A stretch of 63,856 bases of DNA, the filler included, from Thelocarpon superellum (Eukaryota), in assembly GCA_026025795.1 (NCBI GenBank). It is 2 parts of 2 records of this genome, joined end to end, with 100 filler letters (N's around TTAATTAATTAA, not from the genome) between each part and the next. Parts side by side here need not be neighbours in the genome. Positions count along the whole stretch, not along the records: positions 1 to 31,996 come from JAPEUG010000185.1; 1 more part is not named here. One strand, given 5' to 3'. The notes under the pieces are model-generated. The model worked only from the letters and a program-made list of their open reading frames with translations, did not search any database and had not been told where the DNA came from. The translations under genes were made by a program, and so were the position numbers. Each line of letters starts with the position of its first letter. Within the stretch, counting starts at the first letter, position 1. Shown here piece after piece: positions 1 to 10,976 of the stretch.

Positions 1-2
1 TC

Positions 3-410
3 GTCGGCACGGACGAATCACGCATCGCTTCGGCGCAGTATTCGGAGCGGGCCTATCTCCTTGGCCAGAGCTTCGTCATCCACGCCCTGATGCATCCAGT
101 CCCAGCACTCGACGACATCATCGCATCCGTCTACCTCCGCCGTGAAGTCGCCCCTCGGTCCGTGGGGGGATTCCACAACCTGCTCCACGAAATCATCGCA
201 AAGACCAAGGAGATTGTGCAAACGAGCGAGCACCGCGCGGATGAAGCAGACGTCCACCTCACGACACCAAGCACCACATCCATCGCCCGTGCCACGGGTA
301 GCGGGAAAGAGGTAGATCCCGGGGACATCACACGCGTCAGCGGCGGGGCGCTTCTTCTTCTGCGGAAACACTTGAAAGAGCTGCTTCTGATCTCAGCGGA
401 ACGGAAGTAA
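3..410 (+). CDS. C-terminal part of a UBE2O-like ubiquitin-conjugating enzyme (5' end outside window)
   Basis: Frame is open from the window edge: VGTDESRIASAQYSERAYLLGQSFVIHALMHPVPALDDII..., resembling the post-UBC tail of fungal UBE2O-like E2s; stop TAA at 408-410. Confidence 0.55.
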   Translation, partial: VGTDESRIASAQYSERAYLLGQSFVIHALMHPVPALDDIIASVYLRREVAPRSVGGFHNLLHEIIAKTKEIVQTSEHRADEADVHLTTPSTTSIARATGSGKEVDPGDITRVSGGALLLLRKHLKELLLISAERK

Positions 411-668
411 TTCAGGAGATGGAGTGTTCCGGGCCGGAGACAAGGGCCAAATTGATTCCATTGGAATGATGCGGACGGGAAATGAAAGGCAAAGGTACCG
501 GGAACGGGAAAGGGATGATAGAATCAGATGAGCACCAGCGATCGGTCGCGAGGAATGTCCCTCTCGATACATCCAATCTACTTTCGTATTCATCTACGCG
601 TTTCAAGGATATTGGAAGGGAAGAAAAACGGGGGGTATCTTCTGTCTTCCCTCTGCATCTACCTCTCC

Positions 669-1382
669 CTATACTTTTGGACCTTCGACGACGTCTTCAT
701 CCTCGCACACCTCCTTGTAATCACCCAGGGCGTTGGCGCGCGCACCGTGATGCATGCCCTCGTCATTGTCTCTCTCGCGCTGCTGGTTCCCCTTTCCGTG
801 TCCTTTCCGCGCCTCCTCCTTCTCCTTCTCTTCAACCGCCAACGCCACGCCCATCCCGCTGCTGCTCTGATTGGCTCCCCTTTCTCTTTCTCCTGCCGTA
901 GCGTGTCTTTTCTCATTGTCGGCTCTTTCCTCTTCTTTTTCTCCTCCTCCTCCTCCTCCTCCTCCTCCTCCTCCTCCTCCTCCTCCTCCTCCTCCTCCTC
1001 CTCCTCCTCCTCCTCCTTCTGCTGCCGCTGCTGCTCCTTGTTTCCGCGGCTCAATCGCATCGAGTTCGTCGTCCACGGAGCAAGAGGAGACACTGCTGGC
1101 TCGACTGGCAGCGCCAGAGTCGGAACCGCCAAAGTCGCGGCCTGTGCGGAGTCCGGATATGGGTGGTGGGTCCGGGGAGAGGAGGCGCGTGTGAGATGCG
1201 TCTTGAGATCGAGATTGGGCTTGAGATGGGTGCAGCTGTGCCCTGGCTTGTTGTACGGACTGCGAAGACACCGTCGCTGATGCAATGGGCTCTGCTGTTG
1301 TCGGCGCGGAAAGATGAAGGGGACGAGTCGGACGGGGATGAGACCGTGCGTGGGCTGGGAAGTGTATGGTCTCGTCTGCGTT

Positions 1383-1421
<39 letters not shown>

Positions 1422-2727
1422 TTCCTCCCTGTCCTCATCCTCGCGGCGTTTGGAGGGGGCGCCGCCAGCAAGGAGCAGTCGTGATGGTCGGCCTCGTCTG
1501 TCTTCACGATCTTCCTCTTCGTCATTCGCGTTGAGATTCCCCTCGCTCCGCGATGGATGTCCCCCTTCTTGCGAGCCGTCACCTTCGGCACCGGATAGGG
1601 CACGGTCGTCGCCATGCTCATTTCCATCACCTCCGCCATCGCCGTAGCCACCCCATCGTCGACGTTTCGGGATATGGGGTTCATTTGGCAGGTGTCCGTC
1701 CGCGAGATCCCGTTGCCGCTTCAATTCCGACCAGGTCCGCAGCTTGTTCTGCAGCACATATTTCCCCGTGTCGCCGCACCGTTCCATCTTGATGAACTCG
1801 CAATGGTCGATGTTGCGGAGATCCTCGAAGTACTCCACGCTGTAGTGGTACCTGTGCACGACGATCAAGCTCAGTGAGCAGCTTCTTCCGCAACCCCATT
1901 CATGGGCGTGGGTGTGGGTGCCATACCACTTCATCAAAAACACCCTCGTCATCAAGCCATGCGTGATCAAGACACACACGCTCGCGAAATCGTCGTCGCC
2001 GAATTGCCGCCAGAGACTCTCGTTGAAGCCACTGACACGGTCATACGCGTCGGCTGCCGACTCGCCGTTGGCGATGCGATAGAAGAAGTGCCCGTAGGCC
2101 GCGCGTTCGTGCCACATGCGCGTCATATCCGCCGAGCTAGGCTGGAAATTGCCAAAGTCTTGCTCGCGCAGTCGTGGCTCCTCGTGCACTTTGATCGTGT
2201 GTCGTGGGAAAGGAGTGGATGAGGGCCGGTCCGACGTCAGGGACTTGAGGATGCCTGTGCACTGTGCTTAGCTCTCTCCACAGGCCCGGGTCGAAGCTGT
2301 CGAAGATCTGTCACAGGTGATGGGTTGCCCATACCCTCCGTCGTTTCTCGTGTTCGCCGATACGGGCTCGTGAAGAAATGGAGCGTGTCTTCGGGTCTGA
2401 GCAGCTCTCGCAGCCTGATGCCCGCTTCTTCTGCCTGGTTCTCGTCAGCTTGGATTTCCCGTCACGGCCGATCAAACCCACCTGTCGCCATCCCTCTGGC
2501 GTCAATTTGACTCGGTGGTCTGGAATGGTCTGATGTATATCACGATTCTCTGCTGTCCATCAGCAGGCGTTCGACGTCAACAAGAACGACAAGACGAACT
2601 GTTCCCTTCCGACTGCGCATGTCGAATCAAGATGATCATCTGCCGACATGGCACCTCTCAGCCTTGCTCCGCGCAGCTGTGTAACTGAGTCAAGCGACAC
2701 ACCTGAACTTACCCGAGGTTTCCCCAT
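669..2727 (-). CDS. Histidine phosphatase / phosphoglycerate-mutase family protein (DET1-like), multi-exon, with long low-complexity C-terminus
   Basis: Start MGKPR then GTAAGT intron; motifs EEPRLREQDFGNFQ, YGHFFYRIANGESAADAYDRVSGF, LITHGLMTRVFLMKWY; in-frame intron near 1850-1925. Confidence 0.9.
942..1016. repeat. (TCC)25 trinucleotide microsatellite inside CDS (poly-Gly on minus strand)
   Basis: Perfect TCC run seen directly. Confidence 0.97.
1383..1420. repeat. (TCG)n microsatellite inside CDS (poly-Asp)
   Basis: Near-perfect TCG run seen directly. Confidence 0.9.
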
Positions 2728-3266
2728 TTTGAAACCGAACAGAAGATCAAGAGCTGTAACGTTGATCCAGACGACCACAGACGATAGATACGGCAATTGT
2801 ACAAGAAGAGCGAGGCTCGCGGCTCGACCGCAGAATGAAGGGGATAGTCGAAAGCTAGGAAGTCTAGCGGTGAAGAACCGGAACAGGCCTCTGAGTAGAT
2901 GGCACGCGGAGCACTGACAAGCCTCACACATTGCACTCATCCATTCTTGTCAGTACCCCCGATCGTGAGAAAGTCGATTCTCATGTACAGTGAGGGGCGG
3001 CGTCGTGCACCGGCCACGAGATATGAGTCGCCCATCACTGTAAGGCGCAGCCAGACGGAATCAAGATGGAGATTGCGCCTGTTGGTCTCCTTGGCCACCG
3101 TAATGACGTCCGGGGGAACTCCGACTTCTCATCCGAGCAACTTAGTATGTTTAGTGAGGATGAGCAGACGGGGCTCCCCGAAACACTTCCGACGACAACG
3201 GGCCTCGTCGACCTTGAGTCGCCCCTCCGGCCTCACCGTCTCTCCTCACCCTCCCCCCTCGGCACC

Positions 3267-3941
3267 ATGTCCGAACCCATCCCGGAATCCATCCCCACCT
3301 CCCGGGACGCACGGTCCCAGCGCCCGACCAAAAAGCAAGCCCTGACGCCCAGCAGCGCCCAAGCGTCGCAGCTGAACGCCCTCTTCGCACGCCCGGAGCG
3401 CGAGATCATCATCCCGCCCTCGGCCACGCGCGACGGCCTCCCCAAAACGCTAGCAGCGCCGCCGGAGATCGTAGCCAATGTGCAGGGATCGAGTGCCGGT
3501 GCGGGATCCGGCGAGTTCCACGTCTACAAGGCCAGTCGACGAAGGGAGTATGAGCGGCTGCGACTCATGGATGAGGAGGTCAAGAAGGAGAAGGAGGCGC
3601 ACGAGTTTGAGCGGAGGAGAGAGGAGCTGAAGAGCAGGGACGAGGCCAAGACGAGTCGGAATAAGGCCAGGCGCGAGAAATTGAAGGCGAGGAAGTTGAA
3701 GAAGGGTGCCGGCGGGGAAGGGGGAGGAAGAGGGAGAGGGGGAGGCAGTGGCGGCCGAGGAGATGCCGCCGGTGGTGATGATGGTGAGGAGGGTGGTGCT
3801 TCTGACGGTGCCGATGCTGCCGTGGCCGGCGTGAATCCATCGGCGCTGGCGGGTGGTGTTGATGCATCTAATGGCCATGCCGCAGATGCAACCGTCCCTC
3901 TGGCTCCAGAGAGAGGCGTCGTCATCCACGATGATGATTGA
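3267..3941 (+). CDS. PRKRIP1-like / DUF1168 protein (splicing-associated)
   Basis: MSEPIPESIPTS start; hallmark PPEIVANVQGSSAGAGSGEFHVYKASRRREYERL followed by a K/R/E-rich coiled coil. Confidence 0.9.
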   Translation: MSEPIPESIPTSRDARSQRPTKKQALTPSSAQASQLNALFARPEREIIIPPSATRDGLPKTLAAPPEIVANVQGSSAGAGSGEFHVYKASRRREYERLRLMDEEVKKEKEAHEFERRREELKSRDEAKTSRNKARREKLKARKLKKGAGGEGGGRGRGGGSGGRGDAAGGDDGEEGGASDGADAAVAGVNPSALAGGVDASNGHAADATVPLAPERGVVIHDDD

Positions 3942-4144
3942 GCTCCGCGACTTTCCCGCTGTCCAATCATGCATCTAGCGACGGCGCAGTCAGGTCCACG
4001 ATTCACGAGTCACGCTACTTTCAGTCTGCCGTCCCCATCCGAGACACGGACTGCTGCGGTACGGTACATCTAGAGTACATGGCTGGACCTCCCGTGTCAC
4101 CATGGCCGGTCCCTCACTAGTAGAGCATGCTCGCTCACCCTCCG

Positions 4145-6053
4145 TCACTCGTCTCCACCTCCTCCGATCGGTCCCCCAGCCTGTTTGGCGGCTTTCGCAC
4201 TGCAGATGTCGTCCACCCGTAGGAGTAAGCAGGCCGACTACAGTGGTGGTCAGTACAGCAGACTCAGCACGCACCGCGGCACGTCTTACCTCGATCGCCG
4301 TTTTGATGCTCTGGAGCTTGACGGCCTCCGGCTCCCACACGCCATACTCCGTCATATCCGCCAAGGTGCCTTGCTCGCCGTCGATGCCCCACGTGCTTCC
4401 GCCTTCCGCGTGTTTGGCGCGTAGCTCCGTCAGCACGCGGATCGGGCTCTGCCCGGCATTCTGGATCAAGGTGCGCGGGATCACTTCCATCGCCTCCGCC
4501 ACCGCCTTGTACGGCCATTGTTGGACCCCGTCGACGCTCTTGGCCTTCTGCGACAGGCGGACCGCCACCGCCATCTCCGTCGCCCCACCACCGGGGGAGA
4601 GGCGGGGATGGAACAGGACATTTCGCGCGACGGACATGGCGTCCTGGAGGTTGCGTTCGATCTCGTTGAGGATGTCTTTCGAAGGGCCCCGCAACAAAAT
4701 CGTACAGGCCTTGGGTTGCCGGCACTTGGTGATGAAGGTGAAGTATTCGTCGCCAATCTTTTCGATTTCAAACAGGCCACATTGCGTCCCCACGTCCGAC
4801 TCCTGTAGGTCGTCCACGCGGTTGACGATCGTCGCACCCGTGGCGCGGGCGATGCGGTTGTTGTCCGTCTTGCGTACTCGTCGCAAGGCCGTCACGTTCT
4901 GCTTCACCAGAAAGTGCTGCGCCAGGTCTGCGTCCGTCAGTCCACCCGCGTGCGCCCTGAGAACCATGCAAAGGCCGGAACGTACCCGAGACCCCCTTCT
5001 CCGTGATGACGAGGTCGGGCTTCAGGGCCAAGATGGAGTCGCACATGGCCTTGACCTGTTCCTCCTCGATCTGTAGTATCCGATTCCAGTCGTCCTCCTT
5101 GCTGATCTCCACATTCGTCTGTGACTCGCCCTTCTTGTACTCCAGCGGACAGTCGAGGAGGATGATGCGCGGGTTCTCGATCCGGCGTCGCATCTTCGGA
5201 TGCGTGATGTCCTTGTTGAGCATCACCCCGTCCAGGACCCTGCTGTCCTCGATCTCGCCCCCCGGAATCTTCTCGACCCGCGCGTATCGCTTGATGTCCA
5301 CCTCCTTCTTGCCACCCCCCACATCATGCAGCACCGTCCGCACCGCCTTGAGCGCCAGGTTACACATGAGCACCGACCAGCGTGACACAAACTTCGTGCC
5401 AATCGACGACGAGATGAGCTTGTACATGGCCTGGTCGTCGTCGATATCCACCGGGGTCGAGACTTCCTCAATGATGTCGAGCGCATCCGCCAGCGCGCGC
5501 TTGAAGGCCGAGATGATGACGACCGGGTGGATGTTGCGATCGAGCTGGGGCAAGGCCTGGGCAAGAATCTCGCCGGCTGGGATTGATCAGCCACGTAATA
5601 CATTCCTCGCCCGGAGGGGACATACCCAGGATGATGACCGTCGTCGTACCATCCCCAACTTCCTCATCTTGTGTCCGGCTGAGCTCGATCATGCTCTTGG
5701 CCGCGGGGTGAGCGACCTCGATCTCTCGCAAGATGGCATGGCCGTCGTTGGTGAGGACGATGCCCCCCATGGGATCGAGCAACATCTTCAACATACACTT
5801 GGGCCCCAGACATGATCGAATGATGTCCGCCACCCTGGTAGATGTGAGTGGGGTCCTTCTGGAGCGCGAGCATCAGGACCTACGTCTTCGCGGCCGTGAT
5901 GTTCGATAGCTGGGCCTTTCGACCCGTTTGTCGGTCACCACTCTGGGTATCTGCCATGAGCTCTACATTAGCACTGATCCTCGTCCATCATGCGAGCCAA
6001 GGCCATCATGTTCCACCCTCTCACGTACTCATTACCACCACGGGAGCTTGCAT
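4145..6053 (-). CDS. CCT3: T-complex protein 1 subunit gamma (chaperonin CCT), about 6 exons
   Basis: MQAPVVVM start; TNDGHAILREI, VGDGTTTV, RYARVEKIPGG, GVWEPEAVKLQSIKTAIE, ACLLLRVDDI; canonical introns join the ORF pieces. Confidence 0.97.
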
Positions 6054-6708
6054 TCTGGCGGTCTTCACAGCGTCACCGGATCGTTTGCAGTCCACGTAAC
6101 TCGTTTCACCGCGGGGAAGGGGAAGGGCCAGACCCAGTGGATTCAGAAACGGAGATTTCGAGCTTGTGCGAAAGATGTAGTATTACGGTCAATGGTCGCT
6201 GCTCCTTGCGGGCCGGCGACTGTTTTGGTTGCGGAGGTTTTCCATCGGGAGAGCTTCGTCCTTTGGCCGCTAACCCGATGACGAGTAGCGCGGAGAGAGT
6301 TGGATCTAGCCGTGCAGAGCTAGACCGAACACCATCATCCACCACAGCTGACTCCGGCTCTTTATGACTCACCGGCATCCCTTTGGCCATAAGACGATGA
6401 GACGATCAGAAGGCAGTCACGAGGGCATGGCCGCGTCAGATCGTTTCAATTCCGTTGATTACTTTCAAGACTCTAGCGCTGTGAGATGTTCCCGCCCAAC
6501 CATTTGATCGTCCTGCAGTGATTCCACCCAGAATGCATCCGTCCCATCCTGTCATGCCCTGCCGGTGAAATGGTGTTCACAGTCCTTCCAGTCCAAGTCC
6601 AACCCATGCCCTGTCGTGCGCCTCCCGGAAGAGCACCTCCCTGAAGATGAGAGCCGCTCATCGGCATCCAAGTGCTCCAGCGATGCGATGAATTGGCCGC
6701 GCAGCGAT

Positions 6709-8406
6709 CTACTCGTATTTCTCGACCTTGCCGCGGTAGGTCATCGTGCTGGAAGCCTTGCGTGAGTGGCTCGGGGTTGTGCTTGCAGTCGCGGTCGAAG
6801 TCGTGGTCGAAGTCGCGGTCGGAGTGGCAGTCGCAGTCGGCTTCCGGACCCGAGTCGTCGGAGGCATACCCGGCGTGGAGGATTCTGTCCGATCCGCGTC
6901 GCCCTTGTCCCCCTTGTCGCCAGCCTTGTTCCCCATGTTCCCCTTGTCCGCCTTGTCCGGCTTGTCCGGTACCTCGGATCGTTTGATCAACCCACAGTCC
7001 GCCAGATTCTTGAGACTCGCGAAATTCATGTCGCTCTCCTCCTCGCTGGATTTGCCGCGGCGAAACATGCGGTCAAAGTAGGTGCCATGACGTTTCTTGG
7101 GACTCCCATCGCTGCTGCCGCGATCGTCGGTGCCACGATCGCCGCTGGCGAAGGGACGGCGAAGATATTGGCGCATGGAGAAGCTGGTGCTCTTGGACCG
7201 TCCGGTTTGCTCGCTCCGCGAGGACGAGGCCGAGGCCGAGGCCGCCGTATCTGGCCCGTGATCTCGCCCACCTAGCGGGCGGGCCCGCCCTGCCACCCGC
7301 GTCGCCACCGTCGTCATCGTCGCCAGCGTCGCCATCGTCGCTTTCTCGGGGCTCGTCGGCGGAGAGTTGGCCGGCATGCCGATGCGGCGGGCCTCCGAGC
7401 GCCAGTGCGTCATCGGCACGATATCCTCGCCTTGTTCGAAGCTGGGGCTCGTCGACGTCCCCTCCAATGCCCCGCTCATCGTCGTCTCGTGCTGCACCGG
7501 CGGGCTGCTCGTTCGCTCGCTGCCGTTGACGACGCGGAGGATGCGGGGCGCCGAGACGATGCTGCCGCTCGTGCGGCCGCTCGTCGAACGCACCGGGCTC
7601 TCCCACCCCGACGCACCCGCGCCGCCGAGTCCCGGGGAGGAGGGCTCGGTCGGTGGTGCGACGACCGGGATGGTGCCGAGGGCACGGCGAGCGGCGATGC
7701 GCTGCCGCCGCTCCTCCTGCATTCGCCGCAGGTCCTCCCGCATCGTCGGGGGCAGGCCCCGCATCACGTTCTCGTCCAACGGATGGTAGACCTCGTCCTC
7801 GTCGGGGTCTCGCACGCTGTAGCCGGAGCTACGCGACGAGTCCGACGAGTCCCACGCCGACGAGACTTCCCGCTCCGCCGGCACGGATCGATGGACGCGC
7901 GGGCGGGCCGGGCCCTGGTGCGGGCCCTGCTCCGCCGAGTCGTGCGACGTGGCCCGTGTCAGAGCGTGTTCGGTCGAGTGATGGGTCGAGTCAGGCGAGT
8001 CGTCAAAGGGTTCCAACACTTGTGATCGGTCAGCGAGAGAGCTCGTCATGCGTCGTGCCTTCCCGGTCGGCGACGCCGAGGAGTGCGCGAACAGAGCACC
8101 AGACTTACCAGGCGTTCTCGAGTGCAAACGTCGCTTCTCCGTCTTGAGACTAAGCTCGTCATCGCTGCTAGCTTTGCCCATATGGTGCTCGCGATCCTTG
8201 TCGTGATTGTGCTCCTGCTCCTGCTCGTGGTCGTTCTTGTGGCGGTTCCCGCGATGATTCTTGTCGTCACGGTCGTGGTGATCCTCCTCACCGGGCGGCT
8301 CCATACGAAGCTGGTCCTGACCCTTACGCTTGCGGACAGGAGAGACAGGATTGGTGTGAGCAGAGTGATGGGGCGTGCTCGGCCCAGCTGCATCAACAGG
8401 ATCCAT
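6709..8406 (-). CDS. Hypothetical intronless low-complexity (S/R/P/T-rich) protein, 565 aa
   Basis: Long ATG-initiated ORF with no recognisable domain; internal DKx, ATM and TA repeats. Confidence 0.6.
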   Translation of the reverse strand: MDPVDAAGPSTPHHSAHTNPVSPVRKRKGQDQLRMEPPGEEDHHDRDDKNHRGNRHKNDHEQEQEHNHDKDREHHMGKASSDDELSLKTEKRRLHSRTPGKSGALFAHSSASPTGKARRMTSSLADRSQVLEPFDDSPDSTHHSTEHALTRATSHDSAEQGPHQGPARPRVHRSVPAEREVSSAWDSSDSSRSSGYSVRDPDEDEVYHPLDENVMRGLPPTMREDLRRMQEERRQRIAARRALGTIPVVAPPTEPSSPGLGGAGASGWESPVRSTSGRTSGSIVSAPRILRVVNGSERTSSPPVQHETTMSGALEGTSTSPSFEQGEDIVPMTHWRSEARRIGMPANSPPTSPEKATMATLATMTTVATRVAGRARPLGGRDHGPDTAASASASSSRSEQTGRSKSTSFSMRQYLRRPFASGDRGTDDRGSSDGSPKKRHGTYFDRMFRRGKSSEEESDMNFASLKNLADCGLIKRSEVPDKPDKADKGNMGNKAGDKGDKGDADRTESSTPGMPPTTRVRKPTATATPTATSTTTSTATASTTPSHSRKASSTMTYRGKVEKYE

Positions 8407-9200
8407 CGCGCAACAGACACAGATCTTGATGGTGGAGACAGATGGCTCGGAGCTGTGTGCGCAAGACGTGTGTGTGTAGGAGGATGAATTTCTCCATGTT
8501 GAAGTTGAGATTTATCTGTGCGCAGGGCTTCGTCCACTGGGCATTCACGCCATCATAACAAACAACACGAACCTGACACCAGCCACCTGGCTGTCCCTGA
8601 ACATTCACTGCAGTCGACGTTCTGCTCACCTCCAACCGCGCCGGTCTCATCTTCCACTGCCCAGACACATGCCATGACGGTGGCGAGCTTGGCGATGAGT
8701 AGAGCAGGGGTGAAGAGAGTCTCTCTCTACACGATGGAAACGTCGAAGGGGGACAACCACTCGCAACGCAAGCTTGACAGCTTCATGTCCTGGGTAGGCA
8801 TCGATCTGATCTCTCTCGTTGTTCAGAAGAAGAGCTTCATGTATAATGTGAGATCTACCGTTATTCGAGTATTGTTCATGCAAAGACTGTCGTCGCTACC
8901 CAGGGTATCTCAATGAAGGACTATGCGTCTTAGGACGCCGCATGACAGATGACCGCTGAAAGCACGGAGATCAAAACCCCTCTTCTAAACCCAATTCTCA
9001 CCCTCTTATTCAACGAGTAGATGCGGTCCCAGCACTCCACCTGCCCCCTCACGCCTGAGATGACAATGCCAGCACATGATTCAACGCCCGAGCCAATGCA
9101 CCGAGTACTTGCAGAGAAAGGACCGACGAGTTGTTGCCAAAAGCACCTTATTTACGAGTAGTCAAAGACTAGAGGCGACGGCGCGTCAGGACGTGCTCCT

Positions 9201-10976
9201 TCAGACAGGCACACTCGGTGGACGCGAGAACATACCAGATGTTGGGCCAAGATTCCAGGCCCGGGCTTTGAGTCGGATGGTGTCCATGGACTTGGACGAC
9301 GACGAGTCGGTCGACGATTGCTTCGTCGCTACCGACGCCGTCTCGCCGTCGCATCCATCGAAGCTGGACTTCACTTCCACCTCCGAACCACAGTGGATCG
9401 AGCCAATGCCCCGCGGGCCGGTCAGCACATCATGCATGATCTCCTCCACAAACCGGGCCGTCGGTCGCTCCGGCGCCTTCCGTGCCAGCATGTACTGACA
9501 TAAGCGCAACGTCGGCGAGAGGCTCCGCAGGTCCGGTTCGTCCTTCTTCGTCGCCCGCTTCTCGAGCAGACCGATCCAGGATTCGACTTGGCCGAGGTTG
9601 GCATGGAACGAGGTGTCAGCGGGTCCCCCGCCTCGCAGGGCGGACTTGTTTTTGGCCGACCGGTGTGAAGTGAAGGTCGTAAGTTTCCGCTTGAGGAGGA
9701 ATGAGAGGATGTCCAGGAAGACGCAGCCAAGAGAGAAAACATCCGCCTGCTTTGCCGATGCCATGGCTTCCGCGCTCTGATCTTCTCGGATCGCCGGGTG
9801 AGCGAACGCGATGACGGATGAGTCCGGTCGAAATTTCATTCCCGACATCCTCGGACCCTTCAGGCGCGGGTCGTCGGTGCTGTTGCGGAACACCGCCCCC
9901 TCGCCGGACCACGTCTCGGGCGCGCCGTAGTCGTAGCACTCGAGTGGGTTGGGTCTTTTGCTACCGAGGAGTTGGTCAAAGCCGCCGTTGTCGCCCAAGA
10001 TGATGCGATCCGCGGAGTCGATCAGGATACTCGACGGACGGATATTCTGATGGCTCAGGCCGCGCGAATGCAGGAAGGCGACGGCGTCCGCCAGGCAATG
10101 GAGCCAATTGAGGAGGGTGTGTCGTTGCGTTGCTTTGGGGTATTTCCGGAAATGTTGTGGCGTCAGATTGATAAACGTGCGAAGGGTGAGGTCGGTCGTA
10201 GGAGAAGACAGGACGAAGCCGCTGTTGTCGAAGGTGTAGGAGGCAAAAACAGAGACCAAATGGTCGTGGACCGCCGACTTCATGCTTTCGATAGACGCCC
10301 GGAAGTCTTGCTCCGGGTGGAGCGAGTGGCACTGGTTGAAGGCGACCCGTTTGCGGGTGAAGACATCCTTGGGCCGGTCGGGGAGATAGACCTTCTCCGA
10401 CGTGTGGTAAAAGGCGACTCCTGGACGCTTGGAACAGAGCTCGAGTGGCACCACTTCGTCGGGCGAATAAGTGACATGGTCGCCCCGCTTGATCTCGCGG
10501 ATCAGATAGAAGAACTGTCGCTTGTAGAATTTCTCGCTCAGACTCTCGTCCTTCGCCGGCGACAACGGAAGATCCTCGATCTCACGGTCCGAGATGGGTA
10601 GGTCCTCGTCATCCCACACGTCGTCGACAATGTCGAAGATCTGATGAGCCAGGCCAATGTCGAGCAGAATCAGGAAGAGCCGTTTCGCCCGTTTCAGGAT
10701 CCACTCCCCATACGTATCATCCGTCAGGCCGAGGCCGAACGCCACGGGTCGGTCCAGGAGATGGCGCACTTGAACGCGAAGATTGGCCGCGAGGAAGGCG
10801 CGTGTCACTGTGGCGTCGATCCGTCCGTCCTTCCACCATGTCGTCACCGTCGGGAGGTCTTGTGCGGTGTGGAGGACGCTGGTGTTGGCATATCGGTACA
10901 TCAGCGCGTTGAAGGCGGCCGTATTCTCCGTCGGCGTCGGCGCCGGCCCTACCGTGGACCGGCTGCGGCGCAACAT
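9201..10976 (-). CDS. Fungal protein-kinase-like protein, probable pseudokinase
   Basis: Kinase subdomains HDHLVSVFASY, CLADAVAFLH, YGAPE, ADVFSLGCVFLDI, PERPTA; catalytic loop reads HQNIRPSS and the DFG position reads DNG. Confidence 0.85.
   Translation of the reverse strand: MLRRSRSTVGPAPTPTENTAAFNALMYRYANTSVLHTAQDLPTVTTWWKDGRIDATVTRAFLAANLRVQVRHLLDRPVAFGLGLTDDTYGEWILKRAKRLFLILLDIGLAHQIFDIVDDVWDDEDLPISDREIEDLPLSPAKDESLSEKFYKRQFFYLIREIKRGDHVTYSPDEVVPLELCSKRPGVAFYHTSEKVYLPDRPKDVFTRKRVAFNQCHSLHPEQDFRASIESMKSAVHDHLVSVFASYTFDNSGFVLSSPTTDLTLRTFINLTPQHFRKYPKATQRHTLLNWLHCLADAVAFLHSRGLSHQNIRPSSILIDSADRIILGDNGGFDQLLGSKRPNPLECYDYGAPETWSGEGAVFRNSTDDPRLKGPRMSGMKFRPDSSVIAFAHPAIREDQSAEAMASAKQADVFSLGCVFLDILSFLLKRKLTTFTSHRSAKNKSALRGGGPADTSFHANLGQVESWIGLLEKRATKKDEPDLRSLSPTLRLCQYMLARKAPERPTARFVEEIMHDVLTGPRGIGSIHCGSEVEVKSSFDGCDGETASVATKQSSTDSSSSKSMDTIRLKARAWNLGPTSGMFSRPPSVPV

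Noticed and set aside
528..1280. Plus-strand 250-aa ORF with hydrophobic segments and poly-Ser
   Set aside because: Antisense read of the TCC microsatellite and the purine-rich DET1-like tail.
4102..5815. Long plus-strand ORFs (324 and 270 aa) opposite CCT3; similar shadow ORFs opposite ADE4, ARG5,6 and the kinase
   Set aside because: Antisense shadows expected from GC-rich codon usage; no independent protein features.
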